Part shown: one piece after another, positions 52,392 to 58,375 of the stretch
Numbering within the stretch: position 1 is the stretch's first letter
Layout: each line of letters begins with the position of its first letter
NCBI GenBank assembly: GCA_032718475.1
Contig: JAUCBJ010003955.1
Location: 1-58,375 of the forward strand
DNA: 58,375 bases
Direction: 5' to 3'
DNA from: Nemertoderma westbladi
Lineage: Eukaryota; Animalia; Xenacoelomorpha
The notes under the pieces: generated by a model
Databases searched by the model: none
What the model saw: the letters and a program-made list of their open reading frames with translations, nothing else
Told to the model about the DNA's origin: nothing
Translations under genes and position numbers: made by a program

Positions 52392-52590
52392 GTGTCCCAA
52401 TGGGACACCTCCAATGTTATATGTCTGGTTGGAGATGAGTGCATTGTACTTGTCACTGTGAACACGACGTAGCATTCTTGAGTATGCCATCCAGAGATTT
52501 GGTGTCCCCAGTACAGCAGTTAGACCCCAGCATGGACTCCCATACAGGAGTTCTGGCTCTAATGCTGCTCTAAATAATCAAACCTCAAAT
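52392..52590 (-). mobile_element. Degraded second fragment of the RTE-like LINE
   Basis: Reverse complement matches ~27580-27770 (CTCCT.TATGGGAGTCCATGCTGGG, AAGAATGCTACG, AACATTGGAGGTGTC). Confidence 0.8.
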
Positions 52591-52996
52591 TGATTGACAA
52601 TAAAATTTAAACATATAAACATATCGTTTTATTGTCTAGTATAAACGCAATATTTACTATTATACCACCACTTATAATCTTTCTACTTAAATTGCATATT
52701 ATTAACAAATTGAAGTCTAGAAATTATATTATTATTATTGTACGTGAACTACAAAACATTATCACTAAAAATAACCGAACATTATAATATGAGCACCGAA
52801 TATGTAACACCCGAAAGGTTATTGTCCAACATCAGGGTTACATACTCATTAAATGCGTTCGGGGGGACCCCATTACCATCTACCAACCCAACACAGTAGC
52901 ACAAATATAATTAATAGCGAAACTAAATGATACGCCTTATACCGTCACCACAACAACTGTTCAAAGCTAATAAAGATATGTCGTCTTATTGAGTAA

Positions 52997-53256
52997 AGGG
53001 CCGTTCATAAATAATATCACGGTTTTTCTACATAATTTTGTCAAGCGCCTCCCACGTCACAGTCTGTCAGAAAATTATAGACTTACCTCAGCAACATAAT
53101 GGGTAACCATTTCAAATTGTCAACAAAAAAAAAAAATTCGCCTAAAGAAACATTTTATCACAAGTCGCAGTCACAGATTTTAAAATAATTTTTTATTTAC
53201 CCTACCCCCTCACCCCTACTCTTCAAATAACCGTGACGTTATTTATAAAAGGCCAT
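52997..53256. mobile_element. MITE (PIF/Harbinger-like)
   Basis: Imperfect TIRs GGCCGTTCATAAATAATATCACGG / CCGTGACGTTATTTATAAAAGGCC with TAA/TTA-like flanks. Confidence 0.6.
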
Positions 53257-53367
53257 TTATGGATTTATTTAATCGATTTTTAAATACCGTAACTATAGAA
53301 CAGTATCCCTTAGTAAAAAATAGAATTATTGATATATTATTGATTCAATAAGGGGCTATCCATTCAA

Positions 53368-53900
53368 GGCCCCAAGCGACTACCGTATTTTATTAGACAT
53401 CGCACTTTTATTTGATATAACATGTCAATTCGACACTTTATCCTTTACACATGTCAGTATATCAAAATGTCATATACAAATTTACATTTTTGACATAGAC
53501 ATGTCATAACATCAAATTTAAACTTTTAAATTGACATTTTAAAAAAATTCGTACTTGTCAGAATGTCATTTTCAAATTGACATTTAATATTGAGACATGC
53601 CAGAATGTCAAAATGTAATTTTCAAACTAAGAAAATTGGACATGTAAATATGAAAATAAAATTTTTCTTATGTCAAAAAGCCAAAATCTCAATAAAAAAA
53701 TGTTTTAGACATTTTGACAGTCTTTTTTAAATGTGAAGTTAAACACATTTGGAAATTCGGACATGTTTGAATGTAAATTTAAAAATGTCATTTGACGTCC
53801 GGCATGTCTAAATTCAAAAGGTCGATTTGATTTCCTATAGCAAATAAGATAAATAAAGTTTGCTCTCTAAAAGATGCACGGTGGTCGCCGCTATGGCCAT
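53368..53900. mobile_element. Possible MITE with internal GACAT/ATGTC motifs
   Basis: Ends GGCC..GCGACTACCGT and ACGGTGGTCGC..GGCC are inverted; many short internal inverted motifs. Confidence 0.45.
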
Positions 53901-54403
53901 TCCTTCAAATATTAAAATATCAAAAGTATTTCCTATTCAAGTAGTTTAATGGGTAATTAAATTATTAGATTCAGAAAGCTTTCATGACGACCCACACAAA
54001 TAATATGGTAAACTTAACCTAGATAAAAGTGTACTTCACCTGAAATTGATTCTAGATCTGTCGCATGGCTGTTAACAAAATCTATTTATCTATGAATGGG
54101 GTTCAATAATATTCATTATTATTTTATAGCTATGCCGCTACTTTCACACAATAATTAGATACAGGTGTTGACACTTAAATATTTAAACACTAACAGAGTG
54201 AACACTTAATAAAGTGCCGATATCAATAATGACATTTCATATTACCCTGGAGGCAGCGTCGATATGAAACAGCTTCCAGAGTAATAAGAAATCGCCAGTT
54301 ACCAGGACGCGCACTACATTTCAGAACATTGAAATTCTAGCCTGAATATATTATCAGAATCATATGAATGAAACTGGCCAGGTATATAAATTCCTTTTCT
54401 TGG

Positions 54404-54470
54404 GGGATATAAACCCTGACAAGGGATATAAACCCTGGCAAGGGATATAAACCCTGGCAAGGGATATAAA
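54404..54470. repeat. 19-bp tandem repeat, ~3.5 copies
   Basis: Unit GGGATATAAACCCTGGCAA. Confidence 0.85.
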
Positions 54471-55420
54471 CACGGACATATAAACCTAATTAATATACAT
54501 TTTTGATGTACAAAATTGCAATAACAACTAATTAAACTGTACACAGCGGAGAGAAAATTAACAGAAATTAACTTAAAACAAAAATTAAATTAATACCGAT
54601 TCAAAAACCCTGAATATAACGCCATTATACATAAATACTGGCGTTTCACACAACAACTGTCAATGATAACAACTGACCTGTAATTAAAGCATCTTGAGAA
54701 TTGTTTAACAAACTTTATTGATAAACTGGTAAACCTCCCTGAAAATTCACTGGTGAAATAATTCAATTACTTGATAAATACATAAATAATTTTAAATGGA
54801 ATTTATAACAACATTTACGGGATACAATCAAAATTAATCCCTCTCCAGGGGCAAATCGACGCAAACACACAGCTGATTACTCTCGAAAATGAAAGTGTAC
54901 CCTGCTATACGTTTACATTTGTTTACTGTTTTGTTTAGAAAAACGTGCCACTAGACAAGATATTAATTCGTTGAGATAGGATTAGCGTCCAGTCCCCCCC
55001 CCCCCCCCCCCCCTCTATCTATATTATCTTGGCTATACTATTATAGTAAACATCGTATATACGGTTCAGGGAGCTGGAGCGGTTGTTGGAGCTGAAAGTG
55101 AAGAAGAATGTTTGCAAAAAATTACCGAACTGCATAATTAATTAATTACACACGATATTTAGCTCATTTAGGGCATTGAATTAACACTCAACTACTTGAT
55201 CCGTTTTAGAGAAAACCAAGTTCACTGCACTACATAATATAAAGAAAGAATCAAATAGCTATATGAAACGAACGCTCTTAAAATTCTATCAAAAATAAAG
55301 TTGAACGACATTTATGGTAAAACACGTGATTTAAATGAAACTCAAAAGTGTTTGGCTGTGCTTTATTAACTAATATTTAATTGAAACGCTAAATTGATCT
55401 AATCTCACTGAGATGTACAT

Positions 55421-57321
55421 TCATGATACTTCCTCTTCTATGTAACCAGGTTTAGCTACTACAGGTGGTGTGACGTCACCGGCCCCTGGCAACCGAGTGA
55501 CGTCACCACGCACCCGGGAGGTGGGACTGACGCTGGAGGGGGGGCCGCCGATAGCGGCGCCCGTTAGGACGCCCAACCCAGCGGCGGCGCCCCCTAGCGA
55601 CTCCTTCTCGCGAGCGGGGGACGACGCGAACATGTACTCGTTGGTTACCATGCCGACCGGGAGCGCCTCCGAGGAACCCGGCGACGACACGGTCGCCCCT
55701 AGCAACTCGGCGCCCCCATCGATAGCGGGAGCGGCGATCTCCACACCGCCTCGCTCGTTAGACGCTCGCTTCGCTCGTTCACTCTCCTTCCCTTCGTTCA
55801 ACGCCTCCGATAAACTCGACAACTCCTCGGGAGAGAGTCGGATGACGCTGAAGATGTGGACACCGTTGAGAGAGTTAAGGAAGTCGACGACGTTGCTATG
55901 CGGGGGCGGAGTGAGTTTAAGAGGAGTCACACCACCGCGGCTCTGAGCCGCCGCCGCCCCCCGAGTGTGGCACACCTCGTTGATGGTCTTCTGCAGCCGC
56001 ACCGCTTGGGCGGTTAGGTGTTTAAGTTTCTCGGAGCTGTCGCGAGTTTTAGGATGGGCGTCGCCGTATTGCCCTTTATAGATCGCGAACGCCTCCCGTT
56101 CGTGCAGCAAAGCGGTGCGAAAGTCGCCCTGACACGAGTAAATACACGCGAGTAGATGGAAGGCGAACGCCACGCGGACGCTCTTAGCCCCGAAGTAAAC
56201 CTTAAACATATCGAGGGAGTGTTCCAAGAACTTAATAGAAGTCTCGAAATCGCCCGCGAAGGAGAGTATACAACCGATAGAACCATCTATGACTGCCAAC
56301 TCTGGGTGACTATCACCGTGTAAAAGCAACACGAGGTAGCGAGCTCGGTACGCGAGTCGTAAAGACTGCGAAACATTCCCGGTACTGAAGGTGTACAGAG
56401 ATAGAAGTCGGTAGTCTTCCACCACAGAGGGATGGTCCACCCCCAGACACCTCTCGGCCATTAGACAGGCTTTCTGCATGTTGGTAACCGCCTCGGCGAG
56501 GTCCCCCAGTATGTAGGAGAGATGGGCGAGCTTCCTGAGGCAGCGGGCGATGTCCTCGTGGAGGGGTCCGTAGACGTTGTTGAAGACGTTGAGCGCTTCC
56601 GCGATGCATTCGAAACCCTCGCGGATGTTCCCCTGACTCGTCTTCATCTCTCCGGTCTGCAACAGAAGATTGCCGTCCGCGCTCCTCGGGTTGATGTGTT
56701 TAACGAGCGGGAAAACGTTGAGAATGTCGTCTTCCGAGAACGGGGGTTTAATCTTTGACTCGAAGTTGTAGTTTTTAAGTTGAATTTGAACTCCAACAGT
56801 CGCGCTAATATGTCGGAGGAGGGAGATCTTCTGTAGTCCGGAAGATTCAACGAGTTCCTCTATGGAGGAGCACGGGGTATCCTCACTAACCGCGAAGTAT
56901 TCGCGACATTCCCGGCGGATATCCGCCCACAACCCAGCGGGTGTTAGTTGCGTCCACGATAGATCCACGCTCATCGCGGACCCGTTCCGCGCCCCTCCGC
57001 TTCGCTTCTTCCCGCGGGATTTCTTCGCTTTGTGGTTCCCGTTGGTCGCGGGGGCGCTCCCGTTGCTACCGTTACCAGCGGTCTCCTCGGTGCCCTCGGG
57101 CGCGCGGGGGTGGGGCCCCGGACACGCGCCCAGGTAGCAGTTGAGGAAGTGGCTCAGCGCGGCCGCGGTGTTGCCCATGTCCAGGTGCTGCACGTAGGCC
57201 CGGAGGATGTGTTTGGTGCTGCGACTCACCAGGTCTTCTAACGCCAGCGCCCGCACGTGGCGTAACTCCGGTATGGCGGCAGCGAGGCCGGCAATAACGC
57301 CAACATAACGCGAGTTTATAC
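55421..57321 (-). CDS. CLUH: Clustered mitochondria protein (clueless/CLUH), last coding exon with TPR region
   Basis: Acceptor CCTAG|GT gives GINSRYVG...SRSTKHILR; ALSHFLNCYLG, LQKISLLRHIS..VGVQI, PFSEDDILNVFPLVKH, NNVYGPLH, ERCLGVDHP, DFRTALLHER..GDAHPKT are CLUH-type motifs. Upstream exons were not identified. Confidence 0.92.
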
Positions 57322-57742
57322 CTAGGATGTGAAATAGTAACGAAAATTAAAAATTCAGCTGAATAAAGTAAAACATTATTTCACTTTCACTTTATATTTT
57401 ACTATTTATATTACAGTATGTTATAATAATACTAAATTAATTGAATAAGAAGTTAGGCATAGAGTCATGGCAGGACCATGGCCATGGCAGGACGCAGTAC
57501 CGGACCGGTACAATACAACATGCAAACTCTTTCACTTTCAGGTTCAGCCTATTTCCGAATAGTTTCGCAGACCTGCAAGATGCAATTAACGGCTTGTCAA
57601 ATAAAACCCAAATATTTAAAAAATAATGGGGAAATTCTGAAATTCAGATAAATTTGGTGAATAATGAATATGTTACCTGAATAACCAATGAATAACTAAT
57701 GAGACTGTTCTCATTATTTTTTAATATTTTCTGTACCAAACA

Positions 57743-58336
57743 CATGTGTTAACTTTCTTTTAATGATTTTGTTCTCCCAACACGCCTCGGTAACCTGCTC
57801 GTTTACTAACCTGTTCCTTTAAATGGCAATGGGACCTAACGCAGTATGGGACCTAACGCTCTTTGGGACCTAACGCTCTTTGGGACCTAACGCTGTTTGG
57901 GACCTAACGCTCTTTGGGACCTAACGCTCTTTGGGACCTAACGCTGTTTGGGACCTAACGCTCTTTGGGACCTAACGCTCTTTGGGACCTAACGCTCTTT
58001 GGGACCTAACGCTCTTTGGGACCTAACGCTCTTTGGGACCTAACGCTCTTTGGGACCTAACGCTCTTTGGGACCTAACGCTGTTTGGGACCTAACGCTCT
58101 TTGGGACCTAACGCTCTTTGGGACCTAACGCTGTTTGGGACCTAACGCTCTTTGGGACCTAACGCTCTTTGGGACTTAACGCTCTTTGGGACCTAACGCG
58201 ACTTTACCCTCTTTGTTTTGTACAGGTCCCAAAGAGCGTTAGGTCCCATTACCATTTAAAGGAGCTGGTTAGTAAAGGAGCAGGTTACTGAGGCGTGTTG
58301 GGGGAACCAAAACAATAAACAAAAGTTAACACATGT
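57743..58336. mobile_element. Foldback/MITE with ~110-bp TIRs enclosing a 17-bp tandem array
   Basis: ACATGTGTTAACTTT...CCAACACGCCTC.GTAACCTGCTC...CCTTTAAATGG.AATGGGACCTAACGC is mirrored at 58224-58336. About 21 copies of GGGACCTAACGCTCTTT at ~57831-58199. Confidence 0.85.
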
Positions 58337-58375
58337 TACAAGATTATGTAGGTTACTTAATTGGGTCTTAGTTTT

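Noticed and set aside
55470-57241. Overlapping ORFs within the CLUH exon
   Set aside because: Expected by-products of GC-rich coding sequence.

Overview
This is a repeat-rich eukaryotic window, most likely an invertebrate animal, not a prokaryotic one. A three-exon GT31 beta-1,3-galactosyltransferase-like gene lies on the minus strand (exons 51309-51683, 9712-9924, 8800-9282). Its ~41.4 kb first intron holds a ~12.3 kb 49-bp satellite with higher-order structure, several small TEs, a nested frameshifted Ly6/uPAR-like gene, inverted Penelope-like GIY-YIG fragments with hammerhead-like motifs, and a complete 18.3 kb BEL/Pao LTR retrotransposon (30611-48911, 5-bp TSD TTATG). The most interesting signal is in that retrotransposon: between pol and the 3' LTR, where env would sit, it carries a ~4 kb accessory coding region with a WRN/EXD/Mut-7-like DEDDy 3'-5' exonuclease domain followed by CCHC zinc knuckles. 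A second, diverged copy of the same family at 1-2168 carries the flanks of that region but has the exonuclease part deleted. The last exon of a clueless/CLUH gene is at 55421-57321 (minus strand). All domain calls are by-eye motif recognition; no searches were run.
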